Notes: generated by a model not told the origin, from the sequence alone. Shown: positions 12,105 through 23,677, counted from the first letter of the stretch. The stretch is DNA of 64,000 nt from an uncultured delta proteobacterium (GCA_963826785.1 CAWGYD010000001.1:192001-256000), one strand, 5' to 3'. Translations and numbers: made by a program.

Positions 12105-12599
12105 TTGTTCAAGAAGGAAACAGACGAAAACTTATTGATCGATAAAGTCGTTCACATCAGCAGGGTGGCCAAAGTCCATAAGGGCGGCCGGCGCTTCAGT
12201 TTCAGCGCGATCGTGGTGGTGGGCGACGGTCGAGGGAGTGTAGGGCACGGGCTGGGCAAGGCTCAGGAAGTCCCCGAAGCCATCAGAAAAGGGGTGGAGA
12301 GCGCCAAGAAGAACATGATCAGCGTTCCGCTGGTGGATGGCACGATTCCCTATGAGGTGATCGGCAAGTTCGGTGCCGGACAGGTCCTGCTGAAGCCCGC
12401 CTCCAAAGGGACGGGCGTCATCGCCGGCGGTGCGGTCCGGGCAGTGCTCGAAGCCGTGGGCGTTGAAAACATTCTCACCAAGTGCATGGGATCGAACAAT
12501 CCGCATAACGTGGTAAAAGCAACGATCAAGGGCTTGACGGACCTGCAGAGCCGGGAAAAAGTGGCGGCCAAACGCGGGATCAGTGTCGAGGATCTATAG
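12105..12599 (+). CDS. rpsE: 30S ribosomal protein S5
   Basis: TTG start after [23 protein letters not shown]. Confidence 0.99.
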   Translation: MFKKETDENLLIDKVVHISRVAKVHKGGRRFSFSAIVVVGDGRGSVGHGLGKAQEVPEAIRKGVESAKKNMISVPLVDGTIPYEVIGKFGAGQVLLKPASKGTGVIAGGAVRAVLEAVGVENILTKCMGSNNPHNVVKATIKGLTDLQSREKVAAKRGISVEDL

Positions 12600-12622
12600 G
12601 ATCTGTAAAGGACTGTATTGAC

Positions 12623-12802
12623 ATGGCTGGTGTATTGAAAATTACGCTTGTGAGAAGCATGAACGGAAAACCCGAAAAGCAGCGCAAGGTTCTGCGCGGC
12701 ATGGGCCTGACCAAAATGCATAGAACGGTTGAGCTGGAAGATACCCCCGCGATTCGCGGAATGATCCATAAGGTAACCCATCTCGTCCAGGTGGAGGAAT
12801 AG
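12623..12802 (+). CDS. rpmD: 50S ribosomal protein L30 (59 aa, not in supplied ORF track)
   Basis: Manual translation [59 protein letters not shown]; lies between rpsE and rplO. Confidence 0.97.
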   Translation: MAGVLKITLVRSMNGKPEKQRKVLRGMGLTKMHRTVELEDTPAIRGMIHKVTHLVQVEE

Positions 12803-12804
12803 AC

Positions 12805-13248
12805 ATGAGGTTAGACGAATTATCACCCGGAAAGGGTGCGAGAACATCGCGTCACCGCAAGGGACGGGGAGTCGGTTCCGGATGGGGCAAGACTGCCGGC
12901 CGTGGATCGAAAGGCCAGAACTCCCGTGCAGGCGGCGGCGTCCGTCCGGGGTTCGAGGGCGGCCAGATGCCGATCCACCGGCGGCTGCCCAAGGGGGGAT
13001 TTACCAATATCTTCAAGAAAAAAGTGGTGGTCATCAATGTCCGGGACTTGGCCCGGTTTGCATCCGGAAGCGATGTGGATCGCGCTGCTCTGGCGGAGGC
13101 GGGACTGATCAAGGGGCAATTCGATCAGGTCAAGCTTTTGGGGCAGGGCGATATTGGTTATCCCATCAACATTAAGATCAATGCGGCCAGTGAACAGGCC
13201 CGGCAGAAGGTCGAAGCGGCCGGCGGCAGCATAGAGGTGATATCCTAA
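12805..13248 (+). CDS. rplO: 50S ribosomal protein L15
   Basis: [30 protein letters not shown]. Confidence 0.99.
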   Translation: MRLDELSPGKGARTSRHRKGRGVGSGWGKTAGRGSKGQNSRAGGGVRPGFEGGQMPIHRRLPKGGFTNIFKKKVVVINVRDLARFASGSDVDRAALAEAGLIKGQFDQVKLLGQGDIGYPINIKINAASEQARQKVEAAGGSIEVIS

Positions 13249-14567
13249 TGGCAGTATCAAGTGCCGGAGTACAGAATATATTCAAAATTCCCGAACTGAA
13301 GCGTCGAATTCTGGTCACCCTGGGGTTTCTGGCAGTGTACCGGATCGGTGTCCATATCCCCACACCGGGCGTGAACGGGGATGCGCTGGCGGCCTTTTTT
13401 GCGCGGCATCGGGATACCATTCTGGGCATTTTTGACATGTTTTCCGGTGGCGCTCTGGAGCGGCTGTCGGTGTTTGCTCTCGGGATCATGCCCTATATCA
13501 GCGCATCCATTATCCTACAGCTGCTCACTGTCGTATTTCCCTACCTGGAGCGGCTTTCAAAGGAAGGGGAGCAGGGGCGCAAGAAAATCACCCAGTATAC
13601 CCGATACGGCACGGTAGTGCTCAGTATCGTCCAGGGGTTCGGCATCGCCATCGGGCTGGAAAACATGGCGGCACCCGGCGCCATGCCCATCGTCATCACC
13701 CCTGGCTGGAGTTTCCGGTTCATGACCATGATCACTCTGACCGCCGGCACCGCATTTATCATGTGGCTCGGGGAGCAGATCAGTGAGCGCGGCATCGGAA
13801 ACGGAATATCCCTGATCATCTTCGCGGGGATCGTGGCCCGCATGCCCAGCGCATTGGGCAATACCTTCCGCATGCTGTCCACCGGTGAAATGGCCATTTT
13901 CGGGGTCATCATCCTGCTGGTGCTCATGGTGGCGGTCATTGCCTTTATCAATTTCATGGAGCAGGCCCAGCGCCGCATCCCGGTGCAGTACGCCAAACGG
14001 GTGGTGGGCCGGAAGATGTACGGCGGCCAGAGCACGCATCTTCCCTTGAAGCTCAATACGTCCGGCGTTATTCCGCCGATCTTCGCCTCCTCCCTGATCA
14101 TGTTTCCGGCGACCCTGGCGAGTTTTTTCAATGAAACGCCGTTCATGCAGACGGTGGCGCGGTCACTGGCCCCCGGATCTGTGGTGTACGAGCTGTTGTA
14201 CGTGGCGTTTATCTTCTTCTTCTGTTTCTTCTACACCGCCATCGTATTCAATCCGGCCAATGTGGCGGACAACATGAAAAAATACGGGGGATACATACCC
14301 GGTATCCGGCCGGGAAAGCGGACGGCCGATTATATTGACAAGGTGCTCACCCGGATCACCCTGGGGGGCGCAGCATACATTTCAGCGGTCTGCGTGCTGC
14401 CTTCGATTCTGATGACCCAGTTTCACGTGCCCTTTTATTTCGGCGGCACCGCACTGCTGATCGTGGTCGGCGTGGCCATGGACACGGTCAGCCAGGTTGA
14501 ATCGCATTTGATTACCCGGAATTATGAAGGATTCATGACCACCGGACGGGTGCGGGGAAGAAGGTAG
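13248..14567 (+). CDS. secY: preprotein translocase subunit SecY
   Basis: [30 protein letters not shown]; multiple TM segments. Confidence 0.99.
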   Translation: MAVSSAGVQNIFKIPELKRRILVTLGFLAVYRIGVHIPTPGVNGDALAAFFARHRDTILGIFDMFSGGALERLSVFALGIMPYISASIILQLLTVVFPYLERLSKEGEQGRKKITQYTRYGTVVLSIVQGFGIAIGLENMAAPGAMPIVITPGWSFRFMTMITLTAGTAFIMWLGEQISERGIGNGISLIIFAGIVARMPSALGNTFRMLSTGEMAIFGVIILLVLMVAVIAFINFMEQAQRRIPVQYAKRVVGRKMYGGQSTHLPLKLNTSGVIPPIFASSLIMFPATLASFFNETPFMQTVARSLAPGSVVYELLYVAFIFFFCFFYTAIVFNPANVADNMKKYGGYIPGIRPGKRTADYIDKVLTRITLGGAAYISAVCVLPSILMTQFHVPFYFGGTALLIVVGVAMDTVSQVESHLITRNYEGFMTTGRVRGRR

Positions 14568-14629
14568 TGGGCCCATCGGCTGATCCGGCCGGTAAGGACC
14601 CAGCAAAACTTAGACAGGAGTCGTTCTAA

Positions 14630-14848
14630 ATGGCAAAAGAAGAACCGATAAAGGTTCAGGGCAAGGTGGTCGAGACCCTGCCCAATGCGATGTTCAAGGT
14701 GGAGTTGGAGAACAAGCATATGGTGCTTGCCCATATATCGGGCAAGATGCGGATGCATTTTATTAAAATCCTGCCCGGGGATACCGTTACGGTGGAACTT
14801 TCCCCTTATGACCTGACCCGGGGACGGATCACCTACCGGTCCAAGTAA
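14630..14848 (+). CDS. infA: translation initiation factor IF-1
   Basis: [24 protein letters not shown]. Confidence 0.99.
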   Translation: MAKEEPIKVQGKVVETLPNAMFKVELENKHMVLAHISGKMRMHFIKILPGDTVTVELSPYDLTRGRITYRSK

Positions 14849-14917
14849 ACGCGGGCTGCTGACGGAAAAGTCAATTAATTGTCAATATATGGATGATACA
14901 GCGAATCGAGGTGGCAT

Positions 14918-15031
14918 ATGAGAGTGAGCTCATCGGTGAAGAAAAGATGCCGGAATTGTAAAATCATCAAACGCAAAGGGGTTGTGCGGGTCATTTGTGT
15001 GAACAAACGGCACAAACAGCGTCAGGGATAG
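14918..15031 (+). CDS. rpmJ: 50S ribosomal protein L36 (37 aa, not in supplied ORF track)
   Basis: Manual translation [45 protein letters not shown]. Confidence 0.98.
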   Translation: MRVSSSVKKRCRNCKIIKRKGVVRVICVNKRHKQRQG

Positions 15032-15053
15032 GCATAATACAAGGAGGCTGGCT

Positions 15054-15434
15054 TTGGCAAGAATTGCGGGAGTAGATTTACCGAGAAACAAGCACGTTGT
15101 TATTGGATTGACCTACATTTACGGCATCGGTCTTTCCGCATCCAAGCGGATTTTGAGCAAACTGGGTATCGCCGAAAATCTGAAAACGGACGATCTGACC
15201 GAGTCCGACATCAACAATATTCGTAAGGTCATCGACAACGACTTAAAGGTCGAAGGTGAACTCCGGACCGATGTTTCGATGAACATCAAGCGGCTGATGG
15301 ATCTTGGGGCTTACCGCGGACTTCGTCACCGGAAGGGTCTGCCGGCTCGGGGACAGCGGACGAAAACCAATGCGCGCACGCGCAAGGGACCGAGACGGGC
15401 GGCCGTTAAAAAGAAGGGCGCGGCCAAGAAATAA
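15054..15434 (+). CDS. rpsM: 30S ribosomal protein S13
   Basis: TTG start; [29 protein letters not shown]. Confidence 0.99.
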   Translation: MARIAGVDLPRNKHVVIGLTYIYGIGLSASKRILSKLGIAENLKTDDLTESDINNIRKVIDNDLKVEGELRTDVSMNIKRLMDLGAYRGLRHRKGLPARGQRTKTNARTRKGPRRAAVKKKGAAKK

Positions 15435-15460
15435 TAGGTAAATCGAAAAAGGCGTAAATC

Positions 15461-15847
15461 ATGGCGAAACGAAAAGTTACAAAGAAGAAGGTCAAAAGGA
15501 TCATTCAGAATGGCGTGGTCCACATCCAGTCGACATTCAACAACACGATCATTTCCATTACGGATCCCGTGGGTAATGTCCTGTCCTGGTCCACCGCCGG
15601 CATGAACGGCTTTAAAGGCTCCCGGAAAAGTACCCCGTTTGCGGCGCAGCTCGCCTCCGAGGACGCGGCCAAAAAAGCAATGGAATACGGCCTGAGAAAC
15701 GTAGAAGTCTACGTCAAGGGGCCTGGCCCGGGCCGTGAGTCCGCCCTTAAGGCACTGCAGGCCACCGGGTTGACCGTCCTGATGATCAAAGACGTTACCC
15801 CGATCCCCCATAACGGCTGCAAGCCGAAGAAGCGTCGCCGGGTATAG
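15461..15847 (+). CDS. rpsK: 30S ribosomal protein S11
   Basis: [24 protein letters not shown]. Confidence 0.99.
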   Translation: MAKRKVTKKKVKRIIQNGVVHIQSTFNNTIISITDPVGNVLSWSTAGMNGFKGSRKSTPFAAQLASEDAAKKAMEYGLRNVEVYVKGPGPGRESALKALQATGLTVLMIKDVTPIPHNGCKPKKRRRV

Positions 15848-15914
15848 TCGACATACCTGAACACGTATGTTAACTGCAAGATTCGCGAAGTGAAAATATA
15901 AAAGGGAGGACGAT

Positions 15915-16544
15915 TTGTCACGGTATCGAGATTCTGTATGTCGGTTGTGCCGACGTGAAAATTTGAAATTATATCTGAAGGGGGACCGCTGCTATTCCGA
16001 TAAATGTGCGGTTGACCGGCGGGGATACCCTCCCGGACAGCATGGACAGCGCCGCGGCGGAAAAATTTCCGGCTACGGCCTGCAGCTTCGTGAAAAGCAG
16101 AAGGTCAAGCGCACGTATTGCCTGTCCGAGGCGCAGTTTCGGCTGACTTTCGAGCGGGCTGAGGCAAAGAAAGGGATTACCGGCACCAACCTGCTGGTCA
16201 ACCTGGAACAGCGCCTTGACAACGTGATCTATCGGCTCGGATTTGCCAATTCCCGGCCTCAGGCCCGGCAGCTGGTCAGCCATAATCATTTTACGGTCAA
16301 CGGCCGGAAGGTGAACATCCCTTCTTATCAGGTGCGGGCCGGCGAAGTGATCGAAGTGCGCGAAAAAAGCCGAAACATCCAGAGCATTGTGGACAGCATG
16401 GGCGCTGTGGTTCGACGCGCCATGCCCCAGTGGCTCGAACTGGATAAGGACAATTTCAAGGGGACCATCAAAGGGGTTCCGGTGCGCGAAGATATTACCA
16501 TGCCGATCCAGGAAAACCAGATCGTCGAGTTGTATTCCAGATAG
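15915..16544 (+). CDS. rpsD: 30S ribosomal protein S4
   Basis: TTG start; CRLCRRE, QLREKQK, LEQRLDN, IVELYSR. Confidence 0.99.
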   Translation: MSRYRDSVCRLCRRENLKLYLKGDRCYSDKCAVDRRGYPPGQHGQRRGGKISGYGLQLREKQKVKRTYCLSEAQFRLTFERAEAKKGITGTNLLVNLEQRLDNVIYRLGFANSRPQARQLVSHNHFTVNGRKVNIPSYQVRAGEVIEVREKSRNIQSIVDSMGAVVRRAMPQWLELDKDNFKGTIKGVPVREDITMPIQENQIVELYSR

Positions 16545-16666
16545 GATGAAGCGGTATGCGAGCCGCCCCTTAAAGAGGCCGGCTCGAATGCTTGAGTCAG
16601 TCTCCTTTTGCGGAATCGCCGCAAACACCTGATTGAATCGCGGATTCAAAGACTTGGAGATATGAG

Positions 16667-17695
16667 ATGTCATTAAATGAAATTACGTATATGAACTGGC
16701 GGGACATGATCAGGCCTGAAAAGGTCGATATTGCCACCCAGAGTTCAACTTACGGAAAATTTGTCTGGGAACCGCTCGAACGGGGATTTGGAATCACCAT
16801 TGGAAACTCATTGAGGCGGATCATCCTGTCGTCTCTGACCGGGGCCGCCATCGTGTCCGTCAAATTCGAAGGTGTCATGCATGAATTCAGCACCATCCCG
16901 GGCGTTTTGGAAGATGTATCCGAACTCATCCTTAATCTGAAGAGTGTCCGGGTCCGGATGGCGGATTCCGCCCCGCGGACACTGGAGATCGATGCTTCCG
17001 GTGAAACCGAGGTCACGGCAAAGGACATTATCAGCCCCGATGGCAAAGTCGAGATCATGAATCCGGACCATCATATCGCCACCCTTTCCGGAGATGGCGT
17101 CCTGAAGATGACCCTGACCGTTCGTGCGGGCAAGGGATATTCCCTGGCCGAAGCCAACAAGGATCCGGATGCGCCCATCGGCACCATCCCCATCGATTCG
17201 ATCTTTTCTCCCATTCAGCGGGTGAATTATCTCATTGGCAACGCCCGGGTGGGGCAGAGAACCGATTATGACAAACTGACCATGGAAGTCTGGACGGATG
17301 GTTCGGTTTTGCCCGAAAACGCCATCGCCTATGCGGCAAAGATTTTAAAAGAGCAGATGAACGTCTTCATCAACTTTGACGAAGATCTCGTGCCGAATGT
17401 TTCCGAGCGCTCCTCCGATGAATCCCGGCCGAAGTTCAATGAAAACCTGTACCTGGACGTGGACGAACTCGAACTTTCCGTGCGCAGCGCCAACTGCCTT
17501 AGAAACGCCAACATCACCAAGATTTACCAACTCGTTCAGAAGACCGAAGGTGAAATGTTGAAAACCAAGAACTTCGGCCGCAAGTCACTCAATGAAATCA
17601 AGGAACTTCTCTCTGACCTGGGTCTTTCGCTGGGTATGAACATAGAGGGGTTTGAGCCGCCTGAAGAGGATATAGAGCAAGAGGAAGAGGAATAA
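16667..17695 (+). CDS. rpoA: RNA polymerase alpha subunit
   Basis: [35 protein letters not shown]. Confidence 0.99.
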   Translation: MSLNEITYMNWRDMIRPEKVDIATQSSTYGKFVWEPLERGFGITIGNSLRRIILSSLTGAAIVSVKFEGVMHEFSTIPGVLEDVSELILNLKSVRVRMADSAPRTLEIDASGETEVTAKDIISPDGKVEIMNPDHHIATLSGDGVLKMTLTVRAGKGYSLAEANKDPDAPIGTIPIDSIFSPIQRVNYLIGNARVGQRTDYDKLTMEVWTDGSVLPENAIAYAAKILKEQMNVFINFDEDLVPNVSERSSDESRPKFNENLYLDVDELELSVRSANCLRNANITKIYQLVQKTEGEMLKTKNFGRKSLNEIKELLSDLGLSLGMNIEGFEPPEEDIEQEEEE

Positions 17696-17697
17696 TC

Positions 17698-18129
17698 ATG
17701 AGACATCGAAACAGCGGGGTTAAATTAAACCGTTCCAGCAGTCACAGAATCGCCATGTTTCGCAATATGGCGACGTCCCTGTTTAAACACGGCCGGATTA
17801 CGACCACGGATGTCAAGGCCAAGGAATTGCGCCGATGGGCGGATCAGTTGGTCACGCTGGCCAAACGGGGCGACCTGCATGCCCGTCGCCAGGCCATGGC
17901 CATTATCCGGGAAAAGGATGTCGTGCATCAGCTTTTTGCAGAAGCGCCGGACCGGTTCGTCAGTGCGGGCGGCTATACCCGGATTACCAAGCTGGGCCTT
18001 CGCAAGGGCGACGCTGCCGCCATATCCATCATCGAGTTGACCGGACAGCCCTCTGAGCCGGCCAAGAAAAAAGCGGCAAAGAGCGAAAAGAAACCAAAGG
18101 CGAAAGCCGAAGAATCCGCAACAGAATAA
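17698..18129 (+). CDS. rplQ: 50S ribosomal protein L17
   Basis: MRHR..., GGYTRI, RKGDAA; Lys/Ala/Glu-rich tail. Confidence 0.99.
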   Translation: MRHRNSGVKLNRSSSHRIAMFRNMATSLFKHGRITTTDVKAKELRRWADQLVTLAKRGDLHARRQAMAIIREKDVVHQLFAEAPDRFVSAGGYTRITKLGLRKGDAAAISIIELTGQPSEPAKKKAAKSEKKPKAKAEESATE

Positions 18130-18173
18130 AGTGCAGTGAAAAAGCTATTTTTTAATTGAAATGGCTTTTACAT

Positions 18174-18225
18174 AAAAGGGCCCCAACCGTTTCCCCCCAT
18201 ACAAACGGTTGGGGTCCTTTTTTTT
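18174..18225 (+). terminator. intrinsic terminator of the ribosomal superoperon (probably bidirectional with comEC)
   Basis: AAAAGGGCCCCAACCGTTT-loop-AAACGGTTGGGGTCC followed by T8. Confidence 0.9.
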
Positions 18226-18255
18226 ATTCAACCGACAGCCGGGCACGGCTGCCGG

Positions 18256-20919
18256 TCATAAAAATATCGGGTTTCCGATCACCGGAATGATGGCGGTTTC
18301 ATTCTCATCGACAATGATGCGCACGGCGCCTTGATTCTGGGTCTGAAAGAGTTCACATCCGTAATCGCAAAGGCGCTTGATCACGCCGGGATCCGGGAAG
18401 CCGAACCGGTTGTTTCTTCCCAGGGAGAGCACCGCGATCCGAGGGTCCACCGCACGTATAAATGCGCTGCTGCAGGAGGTTTTGCTCCCGTGATGCGGAA
18501 CAACGAGGATATCGGCAGACAGGCTGCCCCCGCATGCGGAAATGACCTGCGCCTCACCGGAGGCGTAGATATCTCCAGGAAACAGGATGTGCCGGCCACA
18601 ATAGCCGATCCGGATCACCAGGGAGTGGTTGTTGGTATCGAGCGCGCCGGGATCGGAAACATCTTTTGCGAAATCCGGCCGGGGATGCAGGATGTCGAAT
18701 GTGATGCCGCCGATGTCAAAAGATCCTGCCACCGCTTCAAACGCCGGGTGAGCGATCTTCTGGCTTTGAATAATGTCGAGCATGCGGCGGTACTCCCGGC
18801 TGTCCGATCCCTGATGTGTGGAAATCACCTGTCTGACGCCGAAATTTTCGCAAATGAAAATCAGGCCGTTTAAATGATCCGCATCCGGGTGGGTCAGAAA
18901 TACCGTATCCACCCGTGCAATTTTATTCTGCCACAAAAAGGGCGCCAGGATGCGCGCGCCCATATCGAACACCTCGTTTCCGGAAAGCCCGCCCCCGTCA
19001 ATCAGGGCGCATTTGCCGCCCGGCAGTTGAAGCACGGCCGCATTTCCCTGCCCCACATCCATGATCGTGACGCGCAGCGCAGAATCAAAAAATCGTCGGT
19101 TGACCCAGTACCCGATATCGATCATTAGAATGAGAAACAGGATGACAAGAGCCGCATTTACGGTCTGACGCCGCCTGGTGCGACTCATTTTCCCGCCATC
19201 CGGGGAAGGTCCGGCGTTACTATCCTGAAGATGTCCGCCCTTGCCGTCATGTGTAAATTCCTGGTAGCGCCAGATCAGCAGCCCCGCCATCCCGTAAATG
19301 ATTGCGATTTCCATCCATGAAGGCGTGATGGTTTTGAATGCGGCAAACCCGAGACCGGAGAAGAAGTCGATGATCCGCAGGGAGAAGGAGAGCAGGTGGT
19401 CGTCCATATGAAGCCCCCACCGGGCGGCCGGTTCCCACACGGGATAGAACAGCAGAATGGAAACCAGGCCGATGGGCACCACCAGATAGCCGATCAGGGG
19501 AATCAGGATCACATTGGCGAAAATGCCCACCAGGGAGATCTGGTTGAAATAGGTCATGACCAGAGGGGCGGTGCCTAATGTGGCAAAAAAAGAAATGCAC
19601 ATGAACATGTAAACGGCATGGCGCGCCGATTGAAGAAAACCGGCGGGCACGGCGCGCTGCGCTTCAATGGCGGGCAGGCAGATGAGAATGGAGATCACGG
19701 CCATGAAGGAGAGTTGAAAAGAAATGGAAAAGAGGGCGGGCGGGTCGATGATGAGGATGATCAGCGCGGCCAGGGCCAGTGTGTTGAACAAGTCATGCTC
19801 CCGCTGAACCAGGAAGGTGGCCAGGAAAGCGGAAATCATGAGAACGGCCCGCTGGGTGGAAGGGGACATGCCGGAAAGCATTCCGTAGAGCACCACCGGT
19901 AATATGGCTGCAAGTGCCGCTCCCTTGGAAACCCAGGCGCGGCGAAGCAGGAGCGGAAAAAAGGACAGGATCAACCTGGAAATGAAAAATGCCCCCGAGG
20001 CCACAATGCCGATGTGGAGCCCGGATATGGCCAGAAGATGGCTGACGCCCGCACGGTTGAACGCATTTCGAACCTCGGGTGCAATCTCCTCCCGGTTTCC
20101 GGTCAGCAGGGCGGCCAAAACCTGGCGGGACGGATCGGTTCCGGCCTGGTGGATCAGCCCGGCAATGCGGGTGCGGTAATTCTGAAGCCATGCCCGGAAT
20201 ATGGAGCTGCAGTGGCGATTGATCACCGACACTTTGCCCGAAGCGGCATAGGTATTTCCGCTAATCCCCTGAAAATTCATGTATTGGCGGTAATCGAACC
20301 CACCGGGATTGTTGAAATTGGAAAAGGAATGGACCTTACTGACAAATTCAATCCGGTCGGCAGTTTTCAGATGGCTCGGATTACCGTACACCAGGCAGCG
20401 GACGCTGCCTGAAACCGCTATCGACTCGGATTCTGCCGATGGCGGTGCCACGGCAAGATCATTGAGAATAAACTGTGCGCGAAACCCCTGGTCGGCCACC
20501 GGCGTACCGATGGTTCCGGTGATTTTCCATGCGTCACCATCCAGGTAATGGCGAACATGGCGTTCCGATTGCGGCGGCGCGGTCCAGGGGGACAAGGAAA
20601 GGTAGCCCAGGGCAAAAAAGAGGACGAGGGGGAACAGCGGCAGGGATCTGCGGGCCAGCGCTGCTGAAAGCACCAGGGCGGATGAGAAAACGACCAGGAT
20701 GATGGCTGCCGGAATATAACCGGGAAAATGCGGATTGGCGGCGATTCCGGCGGCAAAGGCGATCAGCAGCGGAATAAGGGGACGGAAAAAAAGGATCGGA
20801 TCCTTTCGATCCGCAGCTGCGGGCAGAAAGACGTTTTCTTCCGGCGGCCCTTCAGGATGCGGCAGGAACCCGCTGGATGGAGGCGCCGAGCTGGGAAAAT
20901 TTTTTCTCAAGGGCTTCAT
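18256..20919 (-). CDS. comEC: DNA internalization competence protein ComEC/Rec2 (start uncertain)
   Basis: [27 protein letters not shown], metallo-beta-lactamase THPDADH and VPHHGS. Confidence 0.95.
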   Translation of the reverse strand: MKPLRKNFPSSAPPSSGFLPHPEGPPEENVFLPAAADRKDPILFFRPLIPLLIAFAAGIAANPHFPGYIPAAIILVVFSSALVLSAALARRSLPLFPLVLFFALGYLSLSPWTAPPQSERHVRHYLDGDAWKITGTIGTPVADQGFRAQFILNDLAVAPPSAESESIAVSGSVRCLVYGNPSHLKTADRIEFVSKVHSFSNFNNPGGFDYRQYMNFQGISGNTYAASGKVSVINRHCSSIFRAWLQNYRTRIAGLIHQAGTDPSRQVLAALLTGNREEIAPEVRNAFNRAGVSHLLAISGLHIGIVASGAFFISRLILSFFPLLLRRAWVSKGAALAAILPVVLYGMLSGMSPSTQRAVLMISAFLATFLVQREHDLFNTLALAALIILIIDPPALFSISFQLSFMAVISILICLPAIEAQRAVPAGFLQSARHAVYMFMCISFFATLGTAPLVMTYFNQISLVGIFANVILIPLIGYLVVPIGLVSILLFYPVWEPAARWGLHMDDHLLSFSLRIIDFFSGLGFAAFKTITPSWMEIAIIYGMAGLLIWRYQEFTHDGKGGHLQDSNAGPSPDGGKMSRTRRRQTVNAALVILFLILMIDIGYWVNRRFFDSALRVTIMDVGQGNAAVLQLPGGKCALIDGGGLSGNEVFDMGARILAPFLWQNKIARVDTVFLTHPDADHLNGLIFICENFGVRQVISTHQGSDSREYRRMLDIIQSQKIAHPAFEAVAGSFDIGGITFDILHPRPDFAKDVSDPGALDTNNHSLVIRIGYCGRHILFPGDIYASGEAQVISACGGSLSADILVVPHHGSKTSCSSAFIRAVDPRIAVLSLGRNNRFGFPDPGVIKRLCDYGCELFQTQNQGAVRIIVDENETAIIPVIGNPIFL

Positions 20920-22111
20920 AACCGCGATCCAGGTGGTAAACCCGGCTGACCCGGGTGGTCCCGCTGGCCGCCAGCCCGGCCAGGATTAAAGACGCACTGG
21001 CCCTGAGATCCGTGGCCATAACCGGTGCGCCGGAGAGCTGATGCATGCCTCTGACCATGGCGTGATTGCCCGAAATGGTGATGTCCGCTCCCATCCGTTT
21101 CAATTCACCCACATGAATGAACCGGTTTTCGAAAATGGTTTCGGAAATCATTGAAAACCCGTCGGCCACCGACATCAGGACCATGAACTGGGCCTGCATG
21201 TCCGTGGGAAAGCCGGGGTAGGGCATGGTTTTAACGTCCACGCTGCGGATGGGCCCATTGGAACGGATGTGGATGGTGTTGTCCGTGGTGTCGATGATGG
21301 CCCCGGCCTTTTTGAGTTTGACGATCAGCTCCGACACGTGCTGGGGGTTGCAGTCGTTGATGCGGATGTCTCCCCGGGTGAGCAGGGCCGCCACCATGAA
21401 GGTTCCGGTTTCGATGCGGTCCGGGATGATGGAAGCGGTCACGGGGGAAAGCTTCTTCACCCCGTTGATGGTGATGATGGCCGTTCCCGCGCCGATGATG
21501 TCGGCACCCATCCGGTTGAGCACATCGGCCAAGGCCGTGATCTCGGGTTCACGGGCGGCATTTCGCAGGATGGTGGTCCCTTCGGCCAGAACCGCGGCCA
21601 TCATCAGGTTTTCCGTGCCGGTCACCGTGGGGGCGTCAAAATAGATTTCCCCGCCTTTCAGCTGATCCGCAGCGGCTTCCACATATCCGTGTTCCAGTTT
21701 GATATCGGCTCCCAGAATGGCCATTCCGCTTAAATGAAGATCGATGGGCCGTGCCCCGATGGCGCAGCCGCCGGGAAGGGATACCCGGGCTCTTTTCATC
21801 CGGGCCACCAGGGGGCCCAGCACCAGGATGGACGCCCGCATTTTCCGGACCAGGTCATAGGGGGCCTCATAGAGGTTCAGATTGGACGTATCGATCTTCA
21901 CCGTGTGGTCTTCCATGACCACCGAGGCGCCCATCGTTGCGAGCAGCTGGGTGATGCTTTCGACGTCTTTTAAGGCGGGGACGTTGGTGAAGGTGAATTC
22001 ACCGCCGGTTAAAATCGATGCGGCCAGAATGGGCAGCGCCGCATTCTTGGCGCCGCTGATGCTGACCTCACCGGTCAGGCGGGATCCCCCGTTGATAATG
22101 ATGTCGTCCAT
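20852..22111 (-). CDS. murA: UDP-N-acetylglucosamine 1-carboxyvinyltransferase
   Basis: [20 protein letters not shown] (catalytic Cys), [23 protein letters not shown]. Confidence 0.99.
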   Translation of the reverse strand: MDDIIINGGSRLTGEVSISGAKNAALPILAASILTGGEFTFTNVPALKDVESITQLLATMGASVVMEDHTVKIDTSNLNLYEAPYDLVRKMRASILVLGPLVARMKRARVSLPGGCAIGARPIDLHLSGMAILGADIKLEHGYVEAAADQLKGGEIYFDAPTVTGTENLMMAAVLAEGTTILRNAAREPEITALADVLNRMGADIIGAGTAIITINGVKKLSPVTASIIPDRIETGTFMVAALLTRGDIRINDCNPQHVSELIVKLKKAGAIIDTTDNTIHIRSNGPIRSVDVKTMPYPGFPTDMQAQFMVLMSVADGFSMISETIFENRFIHVGELKRMGADITISGNHAMVRGMHQLSGAPVMATDLRASASLILAGLAASGTTRVSRVYHLDRGYEALEKKFSQLGASIQRVPAAS

Positions 22112-22125
22112 GTGTTTTCCTGTAT

Positions 22126-22169
22126 AAAAAAAGCGTTATCCCGGCATTGTAGTCCAGGGATAACGCTTT
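22126..22169 (-). terminator. intrinsic terminator at 3' end of the qrc operon
   Basis: Minus strand AAAGCGTTATCCC-14 nt-GGGATAACGC-TTTTTTT; 13-bp perfect stem. Confidence 0.85.
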
Positions 22170-22174
22170 GGCAA
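22146..22174 (-). promoter_or_regulatory. sigma70-type promoter for murA-comEC, overlapping the qrc terminator
   Basis: Minus strand TTGCCA (22174-22169), 17-nt spacer, TACAAT (22151-22146). Confidence 0.65.
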
Positions 22175-22203
22175 ATTGTTTAACGGCCACTTCAGCCGTG
22201 CCC

Positions 22204-22371
22204 TTAGTGGTGGTCGTTTCCCACCTTATCGTGTCCGCCGGTGGTATCCATGATGGATTTGATGACACACCAGGTGAGTCCCAGTCCGATGATGCCCAGC
22301 GCGTACCACAGCGCCCCCATGAATACCATGTGGGCCATGTCCCAGTTCCATTCAAATACAAACGGAAACAT
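22204..22371 (-). CDS. 55-aa single-TM membrane protein at end of qrc operon (not in supplied ORF track)
   Basis: Manual translation MFPFVFEWNWDMAHMVFMGALWYALGIIGLGLTWCVIKSIMDTTGGHDKVGNDHH; AAGGAGG SD; starts 24 nt after qrcD stop. Confidence 0.85.
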   Translation of the reverse strand: MFPFVFEWNWDMAHMVFMGALWYALGIIGLGLTWCVIKSIMDTTGGHDKVGNDHH

Positions 22372-22395
22372 ATGATCCTCCTTGCACCGGCCGGG

Positions 22396-23643
22396 TTACT
22401 CGGTCGGATTCAATTCTTTTTCCTGAGGGAATACCGGCAGGTACCGGTATGCCAGTGAAATGACGATGAGGCCGTACGCCACCGGCAAAACAGTGGTGGC
22501 GACTTCCTGCCAGCTGGGGAAATAGGTGTACCAGGCATTGAACGAGAACAGCGGGACCGCCATGACCTGCAGCACCATGACCCAGCGGTTGAGGCTGACG
22601 CCCATCACGGCCAGAATTACCGCGGTCATCATCAGCTTATTGTTTTCACGGCCCTTTTTCGTAATCAGGATCAGGCCGGGGATGACGCCGCCCAGGATGA
22701 TCTCGGCAAAAAGGATCCAGTAGCCGTAGATGGAATCCGCGCTGGAATTGTAAAAATAACTGAAGGTGAATCCGCGGGAAGGGGCGATGGCATAGGCCCA
22801 GTATGCGGTGTCGATGATCTTGGCGACGATGTAGGTGGTGATCAGCCATCCGGATATCTTGGCCAGCAGCTGAAACACATCGGGGCTCACCAGCTTTTTC
22901 CCCGTGATTTTTTCCGTAATCTTGGTCACCAGGATGGTAAACGTGGGGCCGTAGGCCGCAGCCGACCAGGTGAATAAAAAGAAGGTCCAGGGCCACACCA
23001 GCAGGCCGGTGCGGTAGGAAAACGGCCTTCCGTAGAGAACGCCGGCCACACCGCCCAGAGAACCCTGATGGAAAAAGGAGAGAAACACGCCCGTGGCCGC
23101 AAACACGGCCATGAATTCATGCATGTTGTGGCTCAGGTGGTGCAGAAAGGGCTTGGCCGACAGTTTCGGGTTTTCCAGAATCAGGGGGATGAATTCGATG
23201 GTCAGCACCCCGAAATAGACCGACAGGCAGAAGGCCACCTCGGTAAGCATGGAATGCACATTGGCGTGCCAGAAGATGAACCAGCCGCGCAGCGGCTGTC
23301 CAATATCGATGGCCAGTATCAGCAGGGCGGAACTGTAGCAGATGAACCCGATGATGACGGCGAAATTGATGATGTTCTTCAGCTTGTCCTTATCGATGAT
23401 ATAAGTGAGAAAGCCGGTGAAGAAGGCGCCGCCCCCCAGGGCGATCACCGCCAGGTCCGCCCAGATCCACAGGGCAAAACCGTAGGCGTCGTTCATATTG
23501 GTCTGATTCAAGCCATACCACCAGATCCGGTACATGGCATAGACGCCCCAGATCAGCACGGCGGTCACGGCGGCCATCCAGACGGAAAATTTCAGTGTCG
23601 AGCAGCGTTTAACACCCGGTGGAATCATTGGTGTTTCAGTCAT
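22396..23643 (-). CDS. qrcD: menaquinone reductase integral membrane subunit (NrfD/PsrC family)
   Basis: WADLAVIALGGG, DIGQPLR, SMLTEVAFC, FFHQGSLGG; ~10 TM; operon context. Confidence 0.9.
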   Translation of the reverse strand: MTETPMIPPGVKRCSTLKFSVWMAAVTAVLIWGVYAMYRIWWYGLNQTNMNDAYGFALWIWADLAVIALGGGAFFTGFLTYIIDKDKLKNIINFAVIIGFICYSSALLILAIDIGQPLRGWFIFWHANVHSMLTEVAFCLSVYFGVLTIEFIPLILENPKLSAKPFLHHLSHNMHEFMAVFAATGVFLSFFHQGSLGGVAGVLYGRPFSYRTGLLVWPWTFFLFTWSAAAYGPTFTILVTKITEKITGKKLVSPDVFQLLAKISGWLITTYIVAKIIDTAYWAYAIAPSRGFTFSYFYNSSADSIYGYWILFAEIILGGVIPGLILITKKGRENNKLMMTAVILAVMGVSLNRWVMVLQVMAVPLFSFNAWYTYFPSWQEVATTVLPVAYGLIVISLAYRYLPVFPQEKELNPTE

Positions 23644-23677
23644 CTACTTGCTCCTTATGGTTTTGATGCGTTGGTTT

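Noticed and set aside
12591..12609. GATCTATAG-GATCTGTAA tandem at rpsE stop, suggesting amber read-through
   Set aside because: Would add only three residues; likely a short local duplication; no pyl genes in the window
9575..16544. Cys-rich zinc forms of S14, L36, S4 and L24
   Set aside because: Common ancestral state; not unusual
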